This document shows positions 47,454 through 57,652 of a stretch of 64,000 nucleotides of DNA, in pieces. The position numbers and the translations under genes were made by a program. How positions within the stretch are numbered: position 1 is the stretch's first letter; every line of letters starts with the position of its first letter. The notes below the pieces were generated by a model, which saw only the letters and a program-made list of their open reading frames with translations, was not told the DNA's origin and did no database searches. Source of the stretch: Pseudomonadota bacterium (GTDB lineage: Bacteria; Myxococcota_A; Polyangia; Fen-1088); contig JAEXQJ010000307.1 of the NCBI GenBank assembly GCA_023438785.1, forward strand, positions 2,093 to 66,092, in the 5' to 3' direction.

Positions 47454-48733
47454 GGGGTCTCCTTCTTGTCAGACGAAAACAGGCGGCTGGCGATGGTGCC
47501 CATGTCCTTGTCGCCCCGGCCCGAGACATTCACGATCACGGTCGCGCCCTCGGCCAAGGTGGGCGCCACCTGGACCAAACCGGCCAAGGCGTGCGAGCTC
47601 TCCAGGGCGGGGATGATGCCCTCGGTGCGGGCCAGTAGCTGACAGGCGTCCAGGGCCTGGCCATCGGTGGCCGAGATGTAACGAGCCCGGCCGCTGTCGC
47701 GGTAGTAACTGTGCTCGGGGCCGACCCCGGGATAATCGAGGCCGGCCGAAATGGAGTGTGCCTCGGTGATCTGGCCATCGTCGTCGCACAGCACGTAGGA
47801 ACGCGTCCCGTGCAGCACGCCGGGGCGGCCCTTGCCCAGGGTGGCCGCGTGTCGAGGCGTATCGACGCCCTCCCCCGCGGCTTCCACGCCCAGGAGCTGC
47901 ACGCCCGCGTCGTTCACGAAACCGCGAAACAGCCCCATGGCGTTGGACCCGCCGCCCACACAGGCCACGCACAGATCAGGCAGCTGGCCCGTGGCCTTCA
48001 GGATCTGGGCGCGGGCTTCGCGCCCGATCACCGCCTGCAGTTCACCCACCATGCTCGGGTAGGGGTGCGGGCCGGCCACGGTGCCCAAAACATAGTGCGT
48101 GTTGCGCACGTTGGTCACCCAGTCGCGCATGGCCTCGTTCATGGCGTCCTTCAACGTGGCGGTTCCGTCCTGCACCGGGTGAACCTTGGCGCCCAGCAGT
48201 TGCATGCGAACCACATTGAGCGCCTGTCGTTCCACATCGACCGCCCCCATGTAGACCTCGCAGGCGATGCCGAAGAGAGCGCAGACGGTGGCCGTGGCCA
48301 CGCCGTGTTGGCCGGCCCCGGTCTCGGCGATGACGCGCTTCTTGCCCAGGCGTTGCGCCAGGAGGATCTGGCCGATGCAGTTGTTGAGCTTGTGCGAGCC
48401 CGTGTGGCAAAGGTCCTCGCGTTTGAGGAAGACGCGCAGACCGCGCGCGCCGTCCTTTTCCAGGTGGTGCGCCAACCGGCTGGCCTCGGTCAGCGGCGTG
48501 GGCCGTCCCACGTACTCGCTCAGCAGGCGTGTCAGGTCGGCCTGGTAGGCGGGATCCCGGGAGTAGCGCTCCCAGGCCTCGGTCAATTCGTCCAAAGCCG
48601 GGATGAGTGTCTCGGCGACGTATCGACCACCGTAGGGACCGAAGCGTCCGGGCTTGGACGCAGGCTCAGCGGGTGGACTGGTGCGTGAAGAAGTGGAGGC
48701 GTTTGCCACGGGAGCTTTGCCGGAGGTGGACAT
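47450..48733 (-). CDS. trpB: Tryptophan synthase beta chain
   Basis: [19 protein letters not shown], the PLP lysine region (HTGSHKLNN), and GGGSNAMG. Confidence 0.95.
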   Translation of the reverse strand: MSTSGKAPVANASTSSRTSPPAEPASKPGRFGPYGGRYVAETLIPALDELTEAWERYSRDPAYQADLTRLLSEYVGRPTPLTEASRLAHHLEKDGARGLRVFLKREDLCHTGSHKLNNCIGQILLAQRLGKKRVIAETGAGQHGVATATVCALFGIACEVYMGAVDVERQALNVVRMQLLGAKVHPVQDGTATLKDAMNEAMRDWVTNVRNTHYVLGTVAGPHPYPSMVGELQAVIGREARAQILKATGQLPDLCVACVGGGSNAMGLFRGFVNDAGVQLLGVEAAGEGVDTPRHAATLGKGRPGVLHGTRSYVLCDDDGQITEAHSISAGLDYPGVGPEHSYYRDSGRARYISATDGQALDACQLLARTEGIIPALESSHALAGLVQVAPTLAEGATVIVNVSGRGDKDMGTIASRLFSSDKKETP

Positions 48734-48793
48734 CGGACTCGCGCCACTATATGCCTTGGGACAGAGGACGGCTCAACCTACCGTTCGTGCATC

Positions 48794-49111
48794 ATGTCGG
48801 ATTTTGCGGAACAGGAATTCGATCCCAGCCGGCGGCGTCTGTGCCCCGATGGATCGTGCGTGGGCGTCATCGGCGATGACGGCAAGTGCCGCGAGTGCGG
48901 CAGGCTCGACCCTGACTGGACGGGCGAAAGGCCGTCGTCCACACCGGCCGAAGCCAAACCCGACATCTCGGTCCCTGCCCCGCCGAAAGCCACTCCCGAG
49001 TTCGACGCCGAAAGGCGACTCTGCCCGGACGGCGCCTGCCTGGGTCTGCTGGGGCCTGACGGGCGCTGCAACATCTGTGGTCTAGCCAGCTCCGAATACC
49101 CCAGGTCCTAG
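48794..49111 (+). CDS. Small (105 aa) protein with two tandem 4-Cys zinc-ribbon-like repeats
   Basis: RRLCPDGSCVGVIGDDGKCRECG and RRLCPDGACLGLLGPDGRCNICG. This is an internal duplication, each copy with C-x4-C-x9-C-x2-C. Confidence 0.55.
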   Translation: MSDFAEQEFDPSRRRLCPDGSCVGVIGDDGKCRECGRLDPDWTGERPSSTPAEAKPDISVPAPPKATPEFDAERRLCPDGACLGLLGPDGRCNICGLASSEYPRS

Positions 49112-49224
49112 GGAGTGCCCGCAGAGTCCCGAGGCGACGACGGCTGAGATTCGCGCCGGTGGCCGCGTCGGGCCCGCGCGGCTTTCGGCTCGCGGGAGGT
49201 ATCCGGGGAAGGTACAACTGCGCC

Positions 49225-50247
49225 ATGGGCTCGCTCTTTTTGGACGCTTGTCGGGGCCTGGCCACTGTCCGACCGCCGCTCTGGCTCATGCGGCAGGCGG
49301 GGCGCTACCTGCCGGAGTACCGCGAGGTGCGCGCGCGCGTGAGCTTCCTCGAACTGTGCAAGACGCCTCGTCTGGCGGCCGAGGTCACCCTGCAGCCCAT
49401 TCGCCGCTTTGGCTTCGATGCGGCGATCCTGTTTTCCGACTTGCTGATCCCGCTGGAAGCCATGGGGCTGGAGGTGACGTTCACCGAGACCGGGCCCACG
49501 CTGCCGCAACCGGTGCGAGGGGCGGAGGATGTGCAGCGCCTGTCTCTTTTCGATCCCGCAAAGGCGACGCCATTCGTGCTGGAGACCATCGGCCTGCTCC
49601 GGGGTCAGCTTGGCGAGACACCTCTCATCGGGTTCGCGGGCGCGCCGTTCACCACGGCGACCTACGCCATCGAGGGCAAGACGTCCAGGCGCTTCACCGA
49701 AACGAAGAAGCTGTTCTACCGCCACCCGGACGCGGCCCATCGGCTGCTCGCCACCATCGAAGCGGCCACGCGCGCCTATGTGCTGGCTCAGGTGGCGGCG
49801 GGCGCGCAGGCCGTCCAGCTCTTCGATTCTTGGGTGGGCGTGGTCTCGCCCGACGAGTGGGACGAATTCGTGGCCGGGCCGACCGCGGGGTTGATCGCGG
49901 CGGTCAAGGCGACGGGGGTACCGGTGATCTACTTTCCCAACGGGGCGACCACCATCCTCGACCGCGTGGCGCGCGTGGGTGCGGACGTATACGGCATCGA
50001 TTGGCGGCTGCCCATCGACGAGGCGCGGGCCCGTCTGGCCGCGGGAGGCGCCCACGCGCCGGCCGTGCAAGGGAATCTGGATCCAGCCGTCCTGTTGGGA
50101 ACGCCCGAACGCATCCGCCGCCAAGCTCTGGACGTTGTCCGTCGCGGCGGCGGCCGGGGCCACGTCTTCAATCTGGGGCATGGCATCTATCCCGAGACCC
50201 CGGTCGAGGCCGTCGAGGTGCTGGTCCGAGCCGTGCGCGAGGGCTAG
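49225..50247 (+). CDS. hemE: Uroporphyrinogen decarboxylase
   Basis: PPLWLMRQAGRYLPEYREVR...FSDLLIP. Start re-set to MGSLFLDA. Confidence 0.93.
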   Translation: MGSLFLDACRGLATVRPPLWLMRQAGRYLPEYREVRARVSFLELCKTPRLAAEVTLQPIRRFGFDAAILFSDLLIPLEAMGLEVTFTETGPTLPQPVRGAEDVQRLSLFDPAKATPFVLETIGLLRGQLGETPLIGFAGAPFTTATYAIEGKTSRRFTETKKLFYRHPDAAHRLLATIEAATRAYVLAQVAAGAQAVQLFDSWVGVVSPDEWDEFVAGPTAGLIAAVKATGVPVIYFPNGATTILDRVARVGADVYGIDWRLPIDEARARLAAGGAHAPAVQGNLDPAVLLGTPERIRRQALDVVRRGGGRGHVFNLGHGIYPETPVEAVEVLVRAVREG

Positions 50248-50252
50248 ACGAC

Positions 50253-51227
50253 GTGCTGGGCGTCATTGCCTTGAACATGGGCGGCCCCGATTCGCCCCAA
50301 GCGGTAGAGCCTTTTCTGCGGAACCTGTTCTCCGACCCGGACATCATCCAACTCGGGTGGGCCAGCCCCTTGCAGGGCTGGCTGGCCCGTCGCATTGCCC
50401 GTCGACGTGCGCCCCTCGCCCGCGCGGCCTACGCCCAGATTGGCGGGCGCTCGCCCATCCGAGAGGAATCCCAGGCCCAGGTGCAAGCCGTCACCGACGC
50501 CTTGAAGGCTCAGGGGGTGGCTGCCCTGCCCTTCCTGGCCATGAACTACTGGCATCCCTTTCCGCCTGAAACCGTGGCCCACTTGCGCGCCGCCGGCATC
50601 ACGCGAGCGGTGTTGTTGCCGCTCTATCCCCATCGCTCGCGCACCACGATTGGCTCGTCGCTGCGCACGTTCGGTGAGGCGGCGGCGGGTTCGGGAATCG
50701 AACTGACGTCAGTGGACGGCTACGCGACGGCGCCGGGCTACGTGGAGGCTGTCTGTGATCGGATCCGCGAGGCCATGGCCACCCTCCCCGCCGCCGAGCG
50801 CGACCGAGCCCCCGTCCTCTTTTCCGCCCATGGTCTGCCCGAGGCCTACTTGCGCCGCGGCGATCCTTACCTGGACGACGTGCGGGCCACGGTGGCGGCG
50901 GTGAGCCATCGGCTGCTTCTGGGGGAGCGGGCGCGACTGGCCTTCCAGAGCCGCGTGGGGCGCCTGCGCTGGCTCGGCCCCAGCACGGAACAGGCTTTGG
51001 AAGGGATGGCGGCGCAGGGCAATCGGGCCGTCGTGGTCGTGCCCGTGTCCTTCACCGGCGAGCACATCGAGACGCTTCAGGAATTGGACATCCAGTACGC
51101 GGAGCGTGCGCGCGGGCTCGGCATGACCTGGTTTGCGCGCGCGCGCACGGTGGGCTGCCATCCCGCGTTCGTGTCCGCGCTGGCTGCACGGGTGGCGGGC
51201 GCGGCTCGCGATCGAGGGTGGATCTAG
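50253..51227 (+). CDS. hemH: Ferrochelatase
   Basis: GVIALNMGGPDS...FSAHGLPEAYLRRGDPY...VPVSFTGEHIETLQELDIQY. Probable GTG start 6 nt after the hemE stop. Confidence 0.88.
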   Translation: MLGVIALNMGGPDSPQAVEPFLRNLFSDPDIIQLGWASPLQGWLARRIARRRAPLARAAYAQIGGRSPIREESQAQVQAVTDALKAQGVAALPFLAMNYWHPFPPETVAHLRAAGITRAVLLPLYPHRSRTTIGSSLRTFGEAAAGSGIELTSVDGYATAPGYVEAVCDRIREAMATLPAAERDRAPVLFSAHGLPEAYLRRGDPYLDDVRATVAAVSHRLLLGERARLAFQSRVGRLRWLGPSTEQALEGMAAQGNRAVVVVPVSFTGEHIETLQELDIQYAERARGLGMTWFARARTVGCHPAFVSALAARVAGAARDRGWI

Positions 51228-51235
51228 GCCGGCGG

Positions 51236-52531
51236 CTACTGGCGCGCGAAGCAGCGCGGGTCGGCGAACCCGTCCATGAAACGGAAGAAAGCGAAGACCC
51301 CGCTGTCCGATGCCGCGACCAGAACCCGCGTGTCCAGAGCGCCCTTCGTGCAGGTCGTATCCCTGAACGGCATGTCGGTGGCCGCGATGCCGAAGTAACC
51401 CGATCCGGTCGGACTGCTGTCCTGCACCTGGCCGAGCAATTGAGTGGTGAGGCCCACGCTCTTGCTGCCCGAGAGCCTATAGAGCAAGGCCTGGCCTGCG
51501 CTGGTCGTGCCACCCACCGGGGCGGTGATGGCGGAGACGAGGAGCTGAGAGGTGCCGCCGCCATCCAGGTTCACCGCTGCCACGCGGGCGCCGAAGTTGG
51601 TCGTGCGGTCCATGGCGAGTTCCGCGTCGGGCAGACCACCCGTGAGCGGTCCGAGGTAGATGAAGACGCGATCCGGGGGCGCGCCCACGGCCAAGTCTTG
51701 GAGCCCATCGCCATCGAAATCGGCGGTGGCCAGCGAGGCGCCAAAACCCGGGCCGCCGTTCGGCGTGTCGATGCGCATGGAACAGTACAGCTCGGCCGCC
51801 CCCGCGGCCGGCTTCGTGGGATCGATCCCGTAACTGATGAGTCGCACTTGGCCCCTGCCGCCCAGCACGGGGAAGCCGACCGCCACCTCGTCGTACCCAC
51901 CACCGAGCAAGTCGGCCACGACCATGGAGCGGAAGAAGTCCGTGGGCGTTTGCAGCGATCCCGCACAGGTGGTCAGTGGACCGATGAGCGTCGCGGGAGA
52001 GAGAACCGAGACGGACGAATCCGAAAGCACCGCAACCTCTTCCTCGCCGCCCGTGATTCGTCCCGCCGCCACAGCCAACCCGTAGTGGTCCGTACCTTCC
52101 TTGGTCGTACCCAGGTGAAACGCCGGCTTGGCCTCCTCGTTCGACAGGGTGAGCAGCGCCACCTGGCCCGCGCGCTCCTGGAGACCGTACTTGGGCATGC
52201 CCAGCAGCACAGCTCCGCTGCTCAGCCTGGCCATGCTGAGGATGGGGCCACTGTCGCCCAGATTGGCCAGATCCTCCCCGCTGGCGTGCGTGACGGTCGC
52301 GTTGCCGTCGCGGTCGAAATCTGCCACGGCCAGCGACCTGGATGAGCCCGACGAGAGCAGGAGGCGAGAGGCAATCTTGGGTTGCTCGGCCGGCGGTGTG
52401 AGCGCGGCCAGGCTGCGCACGGGTGCCATGTCGATGACCTGCACCGGTGCCTGTTTGAGCGTGTTCTGAAAATCGTAGGGGTTGCAGGCTGCCGAGAGCA
52501 GGCCCAGCGAGAGCACGAGAGAGCAACGCAT
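51236..52531 (-). CDS. FG-GAP (integrin-alpha-like) repeat lipoprotein
   Basis: Lipobox (LSLGLLSAAC). Repeats ADFDRDGN, ADFDGDGLQDLAVGAP, VNLDGGG. Start re-set to MRCSLVL. Confidence 0.7.
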   Translation of the reverse strand: MRCSLVLSLGLLSAACNPYDFQNTLKQAPVQVIDMAPVRSLAALTPPAEQPKIASRLLLSSGSSRSLAVADFDRDGNATVTHASGEDLANLGDSGPILSMARLSSGAVLLGMPKYGLQERAGQVALLTLSNEEAKPAFHLGTTKEGTDHYGLAVAAGRITGGEEEVAVLSDSSVSVLSPATLIGPLTTCAGSLQTPTDFFRSMVVADLLGGGYDEVAVGFPVLGGRGQVRLISYGIDPTKPAAGAAELYCSMRIDTPNGGPGFGASLATADFDGDGLQDLAVGAPPDRVFIYLGPLTGGLPDAELAMDRTTNFGARVAAVNLDGGGTSQLLVSAITAPVGGTTSAGQALLYRLSGSKSVGLTTQLLGQVQDSSPTGSGYFGIAATDMPFRDTTCTKGALDTRVLVAASDSGVFAFFRFMDGFADPRCFARQ

Positions 52532-52532
52532 C

Positions 52533-53990
52533 TTAGAACCCCCCCACGGCAGACATGCCGGCGCCCCCGGGCAGGGCCATGGGCGCGAAGCCAACCTTCT
52601 TCTGCTCAGGTTCGGCCATGTTGTTCCGTCTCATCCTGGCCGTGCTGGGAGGCCCCTCTTCCAAGAAGTGCCACGCAGACAGCAGCCCGGTCACCACGCT
52701 GGCGCTCAGGAGCACGTCCGCACCCAGGTAGTACAGCGCCCCCTTTACCCGTCGAGAATCGTCGCTGCCCGTCATCTTGCTGGCCACCGCCATGTCGTTC
52801 TTGATGTCGTCGTGAACGCGGCTGCCCAACACGGCCAAGTAGACGCCGCCCCCGAGGAACAGCCCCGAGAGCACGGCTTCCGTCCATGCCTTGGTCTTGG
52901 GCGGCTTGGGAATGAACTGCAAATCCAAGGCGACCTGATCGGCGCGCTGGAGCGGCAGCGGCCCCGAGTAGTTCTCCATCCCCTCTTTCTCGACGACCAG
53001 CCGGTGATCGCCCGCCGGGATCTGCTTTTCGCAAGGCAGGGCACAGGCAAACGCACCATCCACCGAGAGACGCGCCCCCTCGCTTCCCGCGCCGCCTGCG
53101 CGCAGGACGCCGTACTTGACCAACTCGATGTTGATGTTGTGGGTCGTGGCGGTGCCAGGCTGCACCTCGACCTCCTTCTCGCCCGGCTCGTAGCCCGGCT
53201 TCTGGACCCACAGCTTGTGCTTGCCCGGCTTGAGGTGGCCCGTATACGGCGTGCGTCCGATGGCCCCGAATTCGCGCTGATCGATGAACACCTCTGCCCC
53301 TGGGACGTTGGAGATCACCTCAATCCAGCCGAGGAAGTGCTGCTCGGACATCGAGATGAAGACCTCGACCACCTTGTCGGTGCGCGGGCTGATTTCGCGC
53401 TCCTCGGACTTGAACCCCTGGGCCTCAAGGATGAGCTTGACCGGCTTGGGTTCGAGGGAGCCCTGCCACGGCGTCTCGGCGAAGATGCCGGTGGACTTGT
53501 CGTCCAGGTAGATCTTGGCGCCCGCCGGCTTGGACTCGATGATCACCAGACCCTTGGTCGCGATCTTGGGCAACACCGCGACCTCGGCCGGCTTCTCGGT
53601 CTTTCCCTTGCTCGGCGTGGCGACGGGGGGCGCGAGCAGGGACTTGATGCCCTCGATGCGCGCCTTGACCTCGTCCGCGTCGCGGGCCTGAGGATCTTTG
53701 TCGACGTAGCGCTGGAACATCTCCAGCGCCTTTTCGAGCTTGTGGGCCCTCTCGTAGGCCACCGCCGCGTTGAAGAGAAACGACGAGAAAGGCTTCTTTT
53801 CGTACGCCGAGAGGAACTTGGCCGCGGCATCGTCCCACAGCTCCCTGGTGTACAGCGACTGGGCCTCCTCGAATTCGGCCTTGGCCGCTTGGAGCAGGGG
53901 ATCGCCCTCGGCCCGTGCCGCGGGCGCGGTGAGAAGCAAGAGCGCTGCACCGAGCATCACGGGCAACGCAAGAAAAGCGAGGCGTTTCAT
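52533..53990 (-). CDS. Secreted TPR/PEGA-domain protein with a C-terminal TM anchor
   Basis: Signal peptide. Three PEGA-like units (PAGAKIYLDDKSTG; GAEVFIDQREFG; ARLSVDGAFAC). A C-terminal hydrophobic helix. The stop abuts the FG-GAP start with a 1-nt gap. Confidence 0.7.
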   Translation of the reverse strand: MKRLAFLALPVMLGAALLLLTAPAARAEGDPLLQAAKAEFEEAQSLYTRELWDDAAAKFLSAYEKKPFSSFLFNAAVAYERAHKLEKALEMFQRYVDKDPQARDADEVKARIEGIKSLLAPPVATPSKGKTEKPAEVAVLPKIATKGLVIIESKPAGAKIYLDDKSTGIFAETPWQGSLEPKPVKLILEAQGFKSEEREISPRTDKVVEVFISMSEQHFLGWIEVISNVPGAEVFIDQREFGAIGRTPYTGHLKPGKHKLWVQKPGYEPGEKEVEVQPGTATTHNINIELVKYGVLRAGGAGSEGARLSVDGAFACALPCEKQIPAGDHRLVVEKEGMENYSGPLPLQRADQVALDLQFIPKPPKTKAWTEAVLSGLFLGGGVYLAVLGSRVHDDIKNDMAVASKMTGSDDSRRVKGALYYLGADVLLSASVVTGLLSAWHFLEEGPPSTARMRRNNMAEPEQKKVGFAPMALPGGAGMSAVGGF

Positions 53991-54080
53991 GGGCATCCAG
54001 ATTGCGACAATCGCCCAGCGCAATCAAGAATGGGCGCCCGCCCACAGTTCACCACAGCGAGCGCGGGCACGTGCTACACG

Positions 54081-55247
54081 ATGGGCATGCGAGACGTTGC
54101 CATCCTGTCTGCCGTGCGAACCCCCATCGGCCGGGCCCCCAAGGGCAGTCTGCGAAACACGCGTCCTGACGATCTGGCGGCCCTGGTCGTGCGCGAGGCG
54201 CTGGCCCGGGCGGGTCTGGACGGGAGCCGTGTCGACGACTTGATCCTCGGCTGTGCCCAGCCGGAGCGCGAGCAGGGCTTCAACCTGGCCCGGCTCGTGG
54301 GACTGCTGGCAAATCTGCCGCACGAGGTGCCGGGGGTGACGGTGAACCGTCTGTGCGCCTCGGGGCTGCAGGCCGTGGCCATGGGTGCCGAGCGCATCGC
54401 GTGCGGCGGCATCGACGTGGCCCTGGCGGGAGGTGTGGAATCGATGACCATGGTCCCCCTGGGCCCAGGTCCCGCCAGTCCCAATCCGGCCCTCGCCCAT
54501 CTGGCGCCCGCCGGTCTGTCCATGGGCCACACGGCGGAGGCCGTGGCGCGTCGGTTCGGCATCTCGCGCGACGAGCAAGACGCCTTCGCCCTCGACAGCC
54601 ATCGCAAGGCCGTGGCCGCGTGGTTGGCAGGGCGCATGGCGGCCGAAGTCGTGGCCGTGCGGACCCGCGTTCAGGTCGAAGACGGCAGCTTTGCGCCCTT
54701 GACCTTCGAGCGCGACGAGTGTCCGCGCGCCGACACCAGCCGTGCGGCTCTGGCCGCCTTGCGTCCGGCCTTCCTGGCGGACGGCTCGGTGACCGCGGGC
54801 AACTCCTCGCCCCGCAGCGACGGCGCGGCGGCGGTGGTGTTGATGGAAGCCGCGCGAGCCCACCGCGAGGGATGCCAGGCACGCGCCCATTTTCGCGCCT
54901 TCACCGTCGTGGGCGTGGACCCGGTCCTGATGGGCGTGGGCCCCGTACCCGCCGTGCGAAAACTGCTGGCCAAGGCAGGGCTCGCCGCAGACGACATCGA
55001 TCTCTACGAGCTCAACGAGGCGTTCGCCGCGCAGGCCGTCTATTGCGTGCGCGAGCTCGGTCTGCCGCTCGACCGGGTGAACGTGAATGGCGGTGCCATC
55101 GCCCTCGGTCATCCGTTGGGCGCCACGGGGGCCCGCCAACTCACCACGGCTTTGCACGAGCTCGAACGTCGCCAGGGCCGCTGGGCCGTCATCACCATGT
55201 GCATCGGCCTGGGCATGGGCGCCGCCGGTCTCATCGAGCGCACCTAA
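54081..55247 (+). CDS. Acetyl-CoA C-acetyltransferase (thiolase II)
   Basis: VAILSAVRTPIGRA...NRLCASGLQAV (active-site Cys)...GNSSP...CIGLGMGAA. Confidence 0.92.
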   Translation: MGMRDVAILSAVRTPIGRAPKGSLRNTRPDDLAALVVREALARAGLDGSRVDDLILGCAQPEREQGFNLARLVGLLANLPHEVPGVTVNRLCASGLQAVAMGAERIACGGIDVALAGGVESMTMVPLGPGPASPNPALAHLAPAGLSMGHTAEAVARRFGISRDEQDAFALDSHRKAVAAWLAGRMAAEVVAVRTRVQVEDGSFAPLTFERDECPRADTSRAALAALRPAFLADGSVTAGNSSPRSDGAAAVVLMEAARAHREGCQARAHFRAFTVVGVDPVLMGVGPVPAVRKLLAKAGLAADDIDLYELNEAFAAQAVYCVRELGLPLDRVNVNGGAIALGHPLGATGARQLTTALHELERRQGRWAVITMCIGLGMGAAGLIERT

Positions 55248-55251
55248 ACGA

Positions 55252-55285
55252 AACGGCCCCTCCCCTGCGAAGGAGAGAGGCCGTC
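55252..55285. terminator. Imperfect GC hairpin (ggcccctc...gagaggcc) between the convergent thiolase and gap genes
   Basis: An inverted repeat with one mismatch is visible in the sequence. There is no U-tract. Confidence 0.3.
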
Positions 55286-55303
55286 GACTCGCGTACGAGA
55301 GTC

Positions 55304-56473
<1,170 letters not shown>

Positions 56474-56516
56474 TCAAGCGTGTTTCGAGATTCCTTGGCG
56501 GGCATACTGCCCGGCC

Positions 56517-57524
56517 ATGGATCGAGTCCTGTCCGCGCGCGACGTGCGTGCCGCCGCGCGAGCTTGTCGCCTCGCTCTGGTGGGTCTTGCCAGGGCCGAG
56601 CCGCTCGATCCGGGCCCGCTCTCGCATTGGTTGCGCGCCGGATACTGCGCGGATCTGGCCGCCATGCACCGGCGCGTTTCGGAGCGCCTCGACCCGGGTG
56701 CCGTGGTGCCGGATGCGCGCACCGTAATCGCTCTCGGGATTCCTTACGGAGACCAGGGCCCGTCATCGGGCTCGCCCATCGCGCGCTACGCCCGGGGCCG
56801 CGACTACCACTACGCCCACCGTGATCGCATGCGCCTTCTACGCAACCGGTTGCGGGAGATGGAACCCACCATGCGCACCTATGCTTGCGTGGATGCGGGC
56901 ATGGCCATGGAGAAGGTCTGGGCCGAGCGGGCCGGCCTGGGATGGATCGGCAAGCACGGGCTGCTCGTCACGCGAGAGCACGGCTCCTGGCTCACCCTGA
57001 GCGTCATGATCATCGATTGCGCCCTGGACGAGTACGATCAGCCCCATCCTCGCCTGTGCGGTGATTGCGATCTGTGTCTGCGCGCGTGTCCGACGGGCGC
57101 CCTTCCCTCTCCTGGCGTGCTCGATGCGCGGCGCTGCCTGGCCTATCACACGATTGAGAACCGCGGAGCCATCCCGGAGGACGTGCGCGACCATTTGGCG
57201 TCGCGGGCCTTCGGTTGCGACGTCTGCCAAGAGGCGTGTCCGCACAACCGACGGGACCTGCCCGCCGGCGATCCCCGGCAGGCGCCTCGGCCGATCAGCA
57301 GCCTCGATGCGCTGGCCCTGGCCGGGTTGAGCCCGGAGGAATTCGCGGCCCTGGCGGGCGGAACGCCCTTGGTCCGGGCGGGCTACTCGGGTGTGCGGCG
57401 CAACGCCGTCCTCGCGCTGGGGGCGCAACGACGGCAGGACGCGCGCGCCCTGCTGCAGCGGTTGGCCAGCGAGGCCGACGCTGTGGTCAGCGAAGCGGCA
57501 CGTTGGGCGCTCGGCAGGTTGTAG
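56517..57524 (+). CDS. queG: Epoxyqueuosine reductase
   Basis: CGDCDLCLRACPTGAL...CDVCQEACPHN, the double 4Fe-4S motif, and a C-terminal HEAT-like tail. Start re-set to MDRVLSAR. Confidence 0.88.
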   Translation: MDRVLSARDVRAAARACRLALVGLARAEPLDPGPLSHWLRAGYCADLAAMHRRVSERLDPGAVVPDARTVIALGIPYGDQGPSSGSPIARYARGRDYHYAHRDRMRLLRNRLREMEPTMRTYACVDAGMAMEKVWAERAGLGWIGKHGLLVTREHGSWLTLSVMIIDCALDEYDQPHPRLCGDCDLCLRACPTGALPSPGVLDARRCLAYHTIENRGAIPEDVRDHLASRAFGCDVCQEACPHNRRDLPAGDPRQAPRPISSLDALALAGLSPEEFAALAGGTPLVRAGYSGVRRNAVLALGAQRRQDARALLQRLASEADAVVSEAARWALGRL

Positions 57525-57652
57525 CATCTGCTCGAGCGCCGGCCGAAACCCGGACAGCGTCCACGTGAGCCGCCATTCTCCGGACGAGTGAGCGGAAGAT
57601 CGGCGCGAATCAGCGGCTCCAATTCGGCATGCCCGTTGCTGTGAGCGGGCGC

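Noticed and set aside
49248-50252. 5' part of the 659-aa ORF overlapping hemE
   Set aside because: It is an alternative frame of hemE. Ferrochelatase similarity begins only at about 50253.
50690-50710. T-loop-like GTTCGATTCC motif on the minus strand (possible tRNA)
   Set aside because: It is inside the hemH coding sequence. Flanking sequence cannot form a T-stem or acceptor stem. No cloverleaf.
52482-54080. 5' part of the 921-aa ORF ending in the thiolase
   Set aside because: Antisense to the PEGA gene. Thiolase starts at MGMRDVAIL (54081).
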